IMG/VR virus record: IMGVR_UViG_3300030085_002431
Location: 62,001 to 126,000 of that record
DNA length: 64,000 nucleotides
Reading direction: 5' to 3' (one strand)
This document shows, piece after piece, positions 48,320-56,261 of this stretch. The first letter of the stretch is position 1. Every line of letters starts with the position of its first letter. Made by a program: the position numbers and the translations under genes. The notes beneath the pieces are model-generated. The model ran no database searches and had not been told where the DNA came from. It worked only from the letters and a program-made list of their open reading frames with translations.

Positions 48320-49924
48320 ATGGCTGAAAGCAACTACGCCAAATTCCAGAGACAGAAAAGAGAAAGAGCACAAGCAAAAAGAACTGCTGCTGCGAAGAGA
48401 GCTGCTGCTAATAAGATTATTAATGACCTTGCAAAGGAAGGTAAGAAGGAGAAGGCAGGTAAAGGTGAAGATTCTCCTTGGTTCCAACTGCAAAAGCAGC
48501 AGTTTGAACTGAGAAAGAAGAAGTACGAAGACCAGAGAAATAAAGAAAAAAGCAAAGATAAGGGAGAGGAAGATAAGAGGGGTGCTAGGAGAGCACTCTC
48601 TTCATTAGGACAGGGACAAAGAATTTCATCAGACGAAGGTGGTGCTACAGCATCTCAAAAAGCATTTAGTAATGCTGCTGGTGATGTTGGCAAACTAGCA
48701 AAGGCAGCTTTCTTAGGAGCCCGTGGTGCCCTTAAGACTGTTAAAGGCAAGAGGGATGCTGCATCGAGACCAGACAAAAAGGAAATGGGTAAGGGTGGAA
48801 GACCACGCAAACTTCAAGCACCCACTCCACCAAAACCAGAAATGAAGCAAATTGGTGGAACCCAAGTTAAGGGACTTCTTCCACCAGAAAGAAGGAAGAA
48901 TAAAATTGGTAGACAACTACCTCCTGCCTCTAGTCCTGACCCAACTAAGAAACCAACTGTTGGACAACCTGCTGCAGGAAGTAGACCAATGCTTCCAGGT
49001 AGCATGAAGAGAAGAATGTTACCTGGTGCAGGTGAGAGTGGTCCAACTAGAACTGCTAAAGGTACGATTGGAACTTCTAGAGTTGGCCAACCAACACCAA
49101 AAAGACCTGCATTACCTATGGCTGTTGATAAGAGAAAGATGCTTCCCCCAGCATCAAAAAGTGATGGTCCAGCAAAAGTTGCAGGTGGAAAGTCCTATGG
49201 TAAACTCGGACAGTCAGCAAGAGCAAATCCTGCCTTGAGAGCAAAACTAACCAAGGAAAGAGGTGGTCAGACTGACTTTAAGAAGGCAAAGAGAAAGGTT
49301 CTTGGTCTTGAGGAGTTTTCATATAAAGAGCAACTCCTTATTGAAAAAGTTGAGTTTCTTCAAGAAGTAGATAATAAAGAGGATAAAAAGAAAAAGAGAA
49401 AGGATGTCATCGACATCATGAAGGGTAAGAATAAAGTTACTATTAATCCGATGGAGGAATCCAAGGATTATGAGGGCAAGATGGCAAGGAACCAACTTAA
49501 TACTATGGAGAGAGCAATTAAATCTCTTCGTAAAAAGTTAGGGAACGACCATCAAGAACTTCCTGCTTGGGTTCAGTCTAAGATTACCAAAGCAACTGAT
49601 TATATTGATACAGTTGCAGATTATATGGACAGTAGTGATGACATTTCTGAGGGCATAGATAAGTCTAAAATGAAATGCAATAAACCAAAAGCACAAGCAG
49701 TAGGTAACTCTCTCACTGGAAAGTCTCATGTTGTTAAGGCATGTGCTAATGGACAAGAAAAGATTATTCGTTTTGGTCAGAGGGGTGTAAAAGGTTCACC
49801 TAAAAAGAAAGGTGAGTCTAAGGAATATGCTTCTCGTCGCAATAGATTTAAATCTAGACATGCGAAGAATATTGCCAAAGGTAAAATGAGTGCAGCTTAT
49901 TGGGCTAATCGGGTCAAGTGGTGA
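48320..49924 (+). CDS. Large basic, low-complexity modular late protein
   Basis: TATAAATA at 48284; Lys/Pro/Gly-rich; modules DYEGKMARNQL..LPAWVQSKIT and IIRFG...FKSRH...YWANRVKW. Confidence 0.65.
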   Translation: MAESNYAKFQRQKRERAQAKRTAAAKRAAANKIINDLAKEGKKEKAGKGEDSPWFQLQKQQFELRKKKYEDQRNKEKSKDKGEEDKRGARRALSSLGQGQRISSDEGGATASQKAFSNAAGDVGKLAKAAFLGARGALKTVKGKRDAASRPDKKEMGKGGRPRKLQAPTPPKPEMKQIGGTQVKGLLPPERRKNKIGRQLPPASSPDPTKKPTVGQPAAGSRPMLPGSMKRRMLPGAGESGPTRTAKGTIGTSRVGQPTPKRPALPMAVDKRKMLPPASKSDGPAKVAGGKSYGKLGQSARANPALRAKLTKERGGQTDFKKAKRKVLGLEEFSYKEQLLIEKVEFLQEVDNKEDKKKKRKDVIDIMKGKNKVTINPMEESKDYEGKMARNQLNTMERAIKSLRKKLGNDHQELPAWVQSKITKATDYIDTVADYMDSSDDISEGIDKSKMKCNKPKAQAVGNSLTGKSHVVKACANGQEKIIRFGQRGVKGSPKKKGESKEYASRRNRFKSRHAKNIAKGKMSAAYWANRVKW

Positions 49925-49959
49925 TAAATAGTTGAGAAATTATTTTTGAGGATGAACCC

Positions 49960-50163
49960 ATGCTTGCATTTTTACTCCCACTAGCGTCCAAGGTAATCAG
50001 AGATGCAGTTAACCAAATTCCAGAGAATGAAGAACTCGGTGAGAAATTGGTTGAGATCTGTCTTGTTATCCTTGCTAAAGCGGTTAAGTTAACCAAGACC
50101 GATATGGATGACAAACTTCTCGAAGTTGTCACCGAAGCAATCAAGACAAGAGACGAAGCTTGA
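49960..50163 (+). CDS. Small conserved hypothetical protein
   Basis: TAAATA at 49925, GAGG RBS; KAVKLTKTDMDDKLLE. Confidence 0.65.
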   Translation: MLAFLLPLASKVIRDAVNQIPENEELGEKLVEICLVILAKAVKLTKTDMDDKLLEVVTEAIKTRDEA

Positions 50164-50179
50164 TACTAACTACCTTTAG

Positions 50180-50204
50180 GGGGGAGAAGTGATCTCCCCC
50201 TTTT
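50180..50204 (+). terminator. Intrinsic terminator
   Basis: GGGGGAGA-AGTGA-TCTCCCCC-TTTT. Confidence 0.75.
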
Positions 50205-50262
50205 AGTATCTAAACAATATTATAAATAAAAAAAGGTAAATGACTCATACGGAATAGAGAAC

Positions 50263-50757
50263 ATGGCACTTTGGGGAAACAAAGATACGGTGTACTCAAC
50301 TGGAACAGTAACTTCAGTTGATGCTGCTGGTGTAGTTACTGGTAATGGTACTACTTGGAATAGTGGAAATGGTGTTGTACCTGGTTTGGTAATCACTCTT
50401 GGTACTGGAAATGGTAGTGGTGTTATTAAGTCTGTTGATTCAACAACTCAACTTACTCTAGTATCTACTGCTGGTGTGTTGGGAACTGTTAACGCAGGCA
50501 CTGCATATAATATTTCTGAGCAACCAGTCTATCTCCCTGAAGATAGCAACTATACTGGTAATGAGATTTACGGTATTGATACCACAGAAATTGGTGTTGC
50601 AAAAACCACTGCATATGGTGGTGTTGCACATGCTGGATGGGTTGGTGTTACAACCTACACTGATACACACGGAAAACTGAGAGTCAAGAGTGAAGTGCTA
50701 GTTGCAGGCAGCAGCATTACAGCTGACGCAGCAGACGACGCAAGATTCGCAGAATGA
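50263..50757 (+). CDS. Probable virion structural protein
   Basis: TATAAATA at 50221; MALWG, HAGWV...G.LRVKSEVLVA; Gly/Thr-rich. Confidence 0.65.
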   Translation: MALWGNKDTVYSTGTVTSVDAAGVVTGNGTTWNSGNGVVPGLVITLGTGNGSGVIKSVDSTTQLTLVSTAGVLGTVNAGTAYNISEQPVYLPEDSNYTGNEIYGIDTTEIGVAKTTAYGGVAHAGWVGVTTYTDTHGKLRVKSEVLVAGSSITADAADDARFAE

Positions 50758-50771
50758 TAAGTTGATGGTAT

Positions 50772-51143
50772 ATGAAATTTACTGAATTGAACGAAGATAC
50801 ATATCTTTTATTTGCTATTAAAAACTATGAAAATCCTCACTATGTTACACAAGATGATTTCTATTGTGATTTAAAACGGTTTAAGTGGATAAAAAGATTA
50901 TTACGTAGATATAAGAAAAAAGGTGAGTTAAAAACTCACCTTTTGATTAATCATTTTATAGTTTTGTATAATGTCTTTGGTGATGCTGCCACACCTCTAC
51001 TATTCTATAAGATTGATAGAGAGTTCTGGAGTACACTAAAAACTTTTATTGTATATCTTGATAGGTTGCCAGATTATCCATTAACAAGCATTCATGGTAT
51101 TGAACTAGACAAATTTTGTCTAGACGAACTTCAAAAAATTTAA
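50772..51143 (+). CDS. Conserved T4-like hypothetical protein
   Basis: FAIKNYENP...DLKRFK.IKRL...LINH..VLYNVFG. Confidence 0.7.
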   Translation: MKFTELNEDTYLLFAIKNYENPHYVTQDDFYCDLKRFKWIKRLLRRYKKKGELKTHLLINHFIVLYNVFGDAATPLLFYKIDREFWSTLKTFIVYLDRLPDYPLTSIHGIELDKFCLDELQKI

Positions 51144-51340
51144 TGAAAAAATTAGAGGACATTTTAAAAATCATAAGAGAAGAAATAGCAATGGCTGCTC
51201 CTACCAATAACGTAGGTGGAGGTAAAATTGCTGGTACTGCTGAGGCAGGTGATGATCCCCCTGTAAGGAAGAAGAAGAAACCTCCTATCCTTGCTAGAGG
51301 TAAGATGCCTGGTGCCAGAAAACGTTGGATGCAAAAGTAA
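51143..51340 (+). CDS. Small basic hypothetical protein
   Basis: MKKLEDILKIIREE-IAMAAPTNNV...DDPPV; TAATG overlap. Confidence 0.6.
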   Translation: MKKLEDILKIIREEIAMAAPTNNVGGGKIAGTAEAGDDPPVRKKKKPPILARGKMPGARKRWMQK

Positions 51341-51352
51341 TCGAGAAGAAAA

Positions 51353-51766
51353 ATGCCTTTTGGAATCGGTAGATTATCGGTTTTAGAATCAAAAGTAAGT
51401 ATCTACGAAGAGTTGTCTAAGGAGATGTTAGGCAAACTCGAAAATGCAGTAGCAACTATTTCTGAGAACAGTAATAAGGTTGCTGTGATTCTAGAAAGGC
51501 ATGAGAATAGGTTGAATGAGAGTGATAAAAATGATGCTCTAATCATTAGTATGCTAGAGGACGTAAAGGTAGCAAATACAAAAGAGCATAAGCAAGTTTT
51601 AAGCAGAATCGAATCAGTAGAGAATAGAATATCAGAGTTATCTAAGTTCCGTTGGATTGCAGTTGGCATTGCTATTGCTGCTGTGACAGTCCTGAAAGCA
51701 CCTGATATCTTCAGAGGTGTCTTGACACCCCCACCTGAGACGGTTATCATACAGGAAGGTAAGTAG
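51353..51766 (+). CDS. Coiled-coil protein with a C-terminal TM helix
   Basis: Heptad-like region followed by FRWIAVGIAIAAVTVL. Confidence 0.6.
   Translation: MPFGIGRLSVLESKVSIYEELSKEMLGKLENAVATISENSNKVAVILERHENRLNESDKNDALIISMLEDVKVANTKEHKQVLSRIESVENRISELSKFRWIAVGIAIAAVTVLKAPDIFRGVLTPPPETVIIQEGK
51722..51750 (+). promoter_or_regulatory. Sigma70-type promoter for primase-nrdAB
   Basis: TTGACA-N17-TATCAT inside the 3' end of the upstream gene. Confidence 0.65.
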
Positions 51767-51780
51767 TACCCTCCTGTAGA

Positions 51781-52773
51781 ATGAGTTTCGTTGATTCCAA
51801 GTACATTGGACTGGTATCTTCACGGTTAGTTAAGTTTGCCAAGAAGAAAGAAGGTCTTTATAATTTTCGATGCCCCTACTGTGGAGACAGTCAGAAGCAG
51901 AAGAATAAAGCACGAGGGTATATTTACAAATTAAAAAACGACCATAACTTTAAGTGTCATAATTGTGGTGTTTCTAGAACATTTACAAACTTTCTTAAGG
52001 ATATGGATACTGTTCTCTATGACCAGTATGTTATGGAGAGATATAAGAATGGACTGACTGGAAGGGGAAGTCAGACAAAGAACCCAGAGATTAAAATTGA
52101 CAAGCCGAGTTTTGCCAAGAAGGCATTTAATCTTCCAAGAATCTCTCAACTAAATAAAGAACACTTGGCAAGAAAATATCTAGAAGACAGGAAAATTCCA
52201 GAAGAATATTTCCGTGATTTGTATTTTTGTGAGAACTTTAAGGAGTGGACAAACACTCAAAAACATACTTTCGATAAGGTAGACAAAGACGAACCACGAA
52301 TCATTATCCCACTCATCAACGAGGGAAAAATCATAGGGTTTCAAGGTCGAAGTTTACAGAAGAAATCAAAAATTAAATATATCACTATAATGTTGGAGGA
52401 GGATGCACCGAAGATTTACGGACTCGATAGAATCAAAAAAGGAGATAGAATCTATGTTACTGAAGGACCTTTCGACAGCACGTTCATTCGCAACTCGATT
52501 GCTCTTTGCGGAGCTGACGGTGATATTGGCAAGTGGGTTACTGGCGATACTGTTTGGATTTATGATAACGAACCCCGCAATCGAGAGATTGTCTCCAGAA
52601 TCGAACGTACAATCAACAACGGTGCAAGGGTAGTAATTTGGCCAAAAGATATCCAAGAGAAGGATATTAATGATATGTTTTTATCTGGACTTAACGTACA
52701 GTCCGTGGTAGAATCGAACATATTCTCTGGTTTAGAAGCAAAACTTAAATTTAACACTTGGAAGAAAGTATGA
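51781..52773 (+). CDS. gp61: DNA primase gp61
   Basis: CPYCGDS...CHNC zinc finger, TEGPFDS, YDNEPRN, KDIND. Confidence 0.96.
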   Translation: MSFVDSKYIGLVSSRLVKFAKKKEGLYNFRCPYCGDSQKQKNKARGYIYKLKNDHNFKCHNCGVSRTFTNFLKDMDTVLYDQYVMERYKNGLTGRGSQTKNPEIKIDKPSFAKKAFNLPRISQLNKEHLARKYLEDRKIPEEYFRDLYFCENFKEWTNTQKHTFDKVDKDEPRIIIPLINEGKIIGFQGRSLQKKSKIKYITIMLEEDAPKIYGLDRIKKGDRIYVTEGPFDSTFIRNSIALCGADGDIGKWVTGDTVWIYDNEPRNREIVSRIERTINNGARVVIWPKDIQEKDINDMFLSGLNVQSVVESNIFSGLEAKLKFNTWKKV

Positions 52774-55031
52774 GTAACGGTACAAAAGTAATTAAACGGA
52801 ATGGTCGTGTTGAGTCCCTTGACCTGAATAAGATTCATCTCATGGTTGATGAAGCATGTAAGGACCTCGCAGGGGTCTCTGCTTCTCAGGTTGAAATGCA
52901 ATCTGGTATTCAATTTTATGATGGCATCACAACTGCTGAGATTCAAGAAATCTTGATTAAGAGTGCATCTGACTTGATTGATTTGGAAAATCCAAACTAT
53001 CAGTTTGTTGCTGCAAGGCTTTTGCTTTTTGCAGTTAGAAAATCCCTAAATGGTAAGGTACAGGATCATCCTGGTTTCGTTGACCATATTACTAAGTGTG
53101 TAGAACTTGGAGTCTATGATGCTTCAATCTTTACTAACTATACTGAAGAGGAACTTACCAAATGTGGTAATTACCTTAATCATCACCGTGACTATCTGTT
53201 CACTTATGCAGGTCTACGTCAAGTCGTTGACAAGTACCTGGTGCAAGATAGAAGCACGGGGAAGGTTTACGAGACTCCCCAGTTTATGTACATGATGATT
53301 GCTCTGACTATTTTTGCAGAGTATCCAAAAGAAACGAGAATCTCTTACGTCAAAAAGTATTATGACGCAATCTCCAAACACAAAATCAACATTCCCACAC
53401 CTATCATGGCAGGAGTGCGAACTCCACTTCGACAATTTNNNNNNNNNNCTGATATGGCTATCGGCAGATATGTTGCACAAAGGGCGGGAATCGGTATCAA
53501 CGCAGGCAGAATCCGTGGCATCAACGCTAAAATCAGAGGCGGAGAGGTACAACACACAGGTGTGGTCCCCTTCCTTAAAAAGTTTGAATCAACTGTGCGA
53601 TGCTGCACACAAAACGGCATCAGAGGTGGTTCAGCTACAGTCCACTTTCCTATCTGGCATCAGGAAATCGAAGACATCATCGTCCTGAAGAACAACAAAG
53701 GAACTGAAGACAATCGTGTTCGTAAACTCGATTACTCAATCCAAATCTCTAAACTCTTCTATGAACGATTCATCACCGATGGAGAAATCTCACTTTTCTC
53801 TCCGCACGACGTTCCTGGTCTGTATGATGCTTTTGGTACTCCTGGATTTGACGACTTGTATGTGGGTTATGAACGAGATCAGTCTATTCCAAGAAAGACT
53901 ATCGGAGCTCAAGAACTCATTCTGGACCTTCTGAAAGAACGTGCAGAGACTGGTCGTTTGTATCTTATGAACATTGACCACTGCAACTCCCACTCTTCCT
54001 TCAAGGATAAAGTGGAGATGAGTAACCTGTGTCAGGAAATTACACTCCCCACCAAACCACTCCAACATATCGATGACCCAGAGGGTGAAATTGCTCTTTG
54101 TATTCTTTCTGCAGTCAATGTTGGTAAGGTGAAAGATAATGATGAGTTTGAAGAACTCTGCAGTCTTGCTGTACGTGGTCTTGAAGAACTTATTGACTAC
54201 CAAGATTATCCTGTAGTTGCCGCAGAGAAGTCCACAAAGGCACGTCGTTCCCTTGGAGTAGGATTTATTGGTCTGGCACATTATCTTGCCAAACTAGGTT
54301 TCTCCTACGACTCTCAAGAAGCATGGGATGCCGTTCATGGTCTTTCAGAATCTTTCCAGTATTACCTCCTTAAGGCATCAAATGAGGTAGCAAAAGAAAA
54401 AGGTGCTTGTGAATACTTTAATCGGACCAAGTACTCAGATGGACTTCTTCCGATTGATACATATAAGCAGGATGTCGATGAAGTTTCATCTATAGAATAT
54501 CAACATGATTGGGAGTCTCTTAGAGTATCTATCTCCAAATACGGACTGCGACACAGCACGTTGTCCGCACAGATGCCATCGGAGAGCAGTTCCGTTGTGT
54601 CAAATGCAACAAATGGAATCGAACCACCTAGAGGATACTTGTCCGTTAAAAAGAGCAAAAAAGGACCCCTTAAGCAGATTGTTCCGCAGTATACCTCGTT
54701 AAAGAATAACTACACACTGTTGTGGGATATGACCTCTAATGAGGGTTATATCAATGTCGTTGCAGTGATGCAAAAATTCTTTGACCAGGCAATTTCTGGC
54801 AACTGGAGTTATAATCCAGAGAACTATCCAGACAATGAGGTTCCTGTTTCAGTAATGGCACAAGACTTCTTGACAACATACAAGTTGGGATGGAAAACTA
54901 GTTACTATCAGAATACATATGACAACAAAACTGATGAGGTAAAGGAGGCATCAGACAAAGCAGACGCAGACCTAATCGCAGAAATTTTAAGTTCAGAAGG
55001 AGAAGAAGATTGTGAATCCTGTAAAATTTAG
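52770..55031 (+). CDS. nrdA: Ribonucleotide reductase class Ia alpha subunit (spans an assembly gap)
   Basis: ATP cone VIKRNG, PTPIMAG, SNLCQEI, C-terminal CESC; Ns at 53439-53448. Confidence 0.97.
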   Translation: MSNGTKVIKRNGRVESLDLNKIHLMVDEACKDLAGVSASQVEMQSGIQFYDGITTAEIQEILIKSASDLIDLENPNYQFVAARLLLFAVRKSLNGKVQDHPGFVDHITKCVELGVYDASIFTNYTEEELTKCGNYLNHHRDYLFTYAGLRQVVDKYLVQDRSTGKVYETPQFMYMMIALTIFAEYPKETRISYVKKYYDAISKHKINIPTPIMAGVRTPLRQFXXXXDMAIGRYVAQRAGIGINAGRIRGINAKIRGGEVQHTGVVPFLKKFESTVRCCTQNGIRGGSATVHFPIWHQEIEDIIVLKNNKGTEDNRVRKLDYSIQISKLFYERFITDGEISLFSPHDVPGLYDAFGTPGFDDLYVGYERDQSIPRKTIGAQELILDLLKERAETGRLYLMNIDHCNSHSSFKDKVEMSNLCQEITLPTKPLQHIDDPEGEIALCILSAVNVGKVKDNDEFEELCSLAVRGLEELIDYQDYPVVAAEKSTKARRSLGVGFIGLAHYLAKLGFSYDSQEAWDAVHGLSESFQYYLLKASNEVAKEKGACEYFNRTKYSDGLLPIDTYKQDVDEVSSIEYQHDWESLRVSISKYGLRHSTLSAQMPSESSSVVSNATNGIEPPRGYLSVKKSKKGPLKQIVPQYTSLKNNYTLLWDMTSNEGYINVVAVMQKFFDQAISGNWSYNPENYPDNEVPVSVMAQDFLTTYKLGWKTSYYQNTYDNKTDEVKEASDKADADLIAEILSSEGEEDCESCKI
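53439..53448. other. Scaffold gap (10 N)
   Basis: Run of N after RQF; the expected SC-containing segment is not visible. Confidence 0.95.
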
Positions 55032-56211
55032 AGTCAGTTCGGACGATGAGTTTAATAAAAAGATGACTAGCGTTAAAGGCATGACTGTCTTTAACACAGA
55101 TAAGACAGAACTTAAAAAACAACCTATGTTCTTTGGTGCTCCTCTTGGAGTTCAAAGATATGATTCCTACAAGTATCCTATCTTTGATAAACTAACCACT
55201 CAGCAACTAGGTTATTTTTGGAGACCAGAAGAAGTCTCCCTTCAAAAAGACAGGTCAGATTACAAGACCCTTCGTCCTGAACAAAAGCATATCTTTACTT
55301 CTAATCTGAAGTATCAGATTCTGCTTGACTCTGTTCAGGGTCGTGGTCCTGGTATGGCATTCATTCCTTATTGCTCTCTTCCTGAACTGGAAGCATGTAT
55401 GGAAGTCTGGGGATTCATGGAAATGATTCATTCCCGTTCCTATACTTACATCATTAAGAATGTCTACCCTGATGCTGCAGAGGTATTTGATACTATTCTT
55501 GATGATGAAAGAATCATTGATCGTGCTAAGAGTGTTACTCAGGCATATGATGATTTCATTCAAGCAGCACAACAGTATGGTAATACTAGTGAGTGGGAGA
55601 TGGCACAAGAGGGTGCTGGATATTTCCGTGAAAACCGTAAAGAACTAAAGAGAAAACTATATAGAGCAGTTGCCAACGTCAATATCCTAGAGGGGATTAG
55701 ATTCTATGTTTCGTTTGCTTGCTCGTTTGCGTTTGGTGAACTCAAACTTATGGAAGGATCCGCTAAAATCATCTCTCTCATCGCAAGAGACGAAAATCAG
55801 CATCTTGCAATTACTCAAAACATCCTCAACAAGTGGAGTTCAGGGGATGACCCAGAGATGGCAGAAATTGCTAAAGAGGAAGAAGAGTGGGTGATTGGTG
55901 CTTTCCGCAACTGTGTTAATGAAGAGAAGGAATGGGCAAACTATCTGTTCAAAGATGGTTCCATGATTGGTCTTAATGACAAACTTCTCCATAATTATGT
56001 TGAGTGGGTTGCTAATCGTCGTATGAAGTCGATTGGTCTCAAACCAGTGTTTGATATTCCTGCTAAGAACAATCCTCTTCCTTGGACAGAGCATTGGATT
56101 TCTTCAAAAGGTCTTCAAGTTGCTCCTCAAGAAACAGAAGTTGAGTCTTATGTTGTTGGTGGAATCAAGCAAGATGTCAAGAAAGACACATTTAGTGGAT
56201 TCAAACTCTGA
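55012..56211 (+). CDS. nrdB: Ribonucleotide reductase class Ia beta subunit
   Basis: FWRPEEV, EMIHSRSY, LEGIRFYVSF, RDENQH, VAPQETE. Confidence 0.97.
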   Translation: MNPVKFRVSSDDEFNKKMTSVKGMTVFNTDKTELKKQPMFFGAPLGVQRYDSYKYPIFDKLTTQQLGYFWRPEEVSLQKDRSDYKTLRPEQKHIFTSNLKYQILLDSVQGRGPGMAFIPYCSLPELEACMEVWGFMEMIHSRSYTYIIKNVYPDAAEVFDTILDDERIIDRAKSVTQAYDDFIQAAQQYGNTSEWEMAQEGAGYFRENRKELKRKLYRAVANVNILEGIRFYVSFACSFAFGELKLMEGSAKIISLIARDENQHLAITQNILNKWSSGDDPEMAEIAKEEEEWVIGAFRNCVNEEKEWANYLFKDGSMIGLNDKLLHNYVEWVANRRMKSIGLKPVFDIPAKNNPLPWTEHWISSKGLQVAPQETEVESYVVGGIKQDVKKDTFSGFKL

Positions 56212-56231
56212 CAAATTGAATATTTTGTGGT

Positions 56232-56261
56232 TAAATAGGGGTAGTTAATACCCCTATTTTT
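56232..56261 (+). promoter_or_regulatory. Hairpin/terminator with a late-promoter core in its 5' arm, abutting the glgP start
   Basis: TAAATA at 56232; AAATAGGGGTA-GTTAA-TACCCCTATTT; ATG at 56262. Confidence 0.6.

Noticed and set aside
38931-55031. gp43 or nrdA as pseudogenes or intein-containing genes
   Set aside because: The X residues come from 10-N scaffold gaps, the frames continue on both sides, and no intein or intron sequence is visible.
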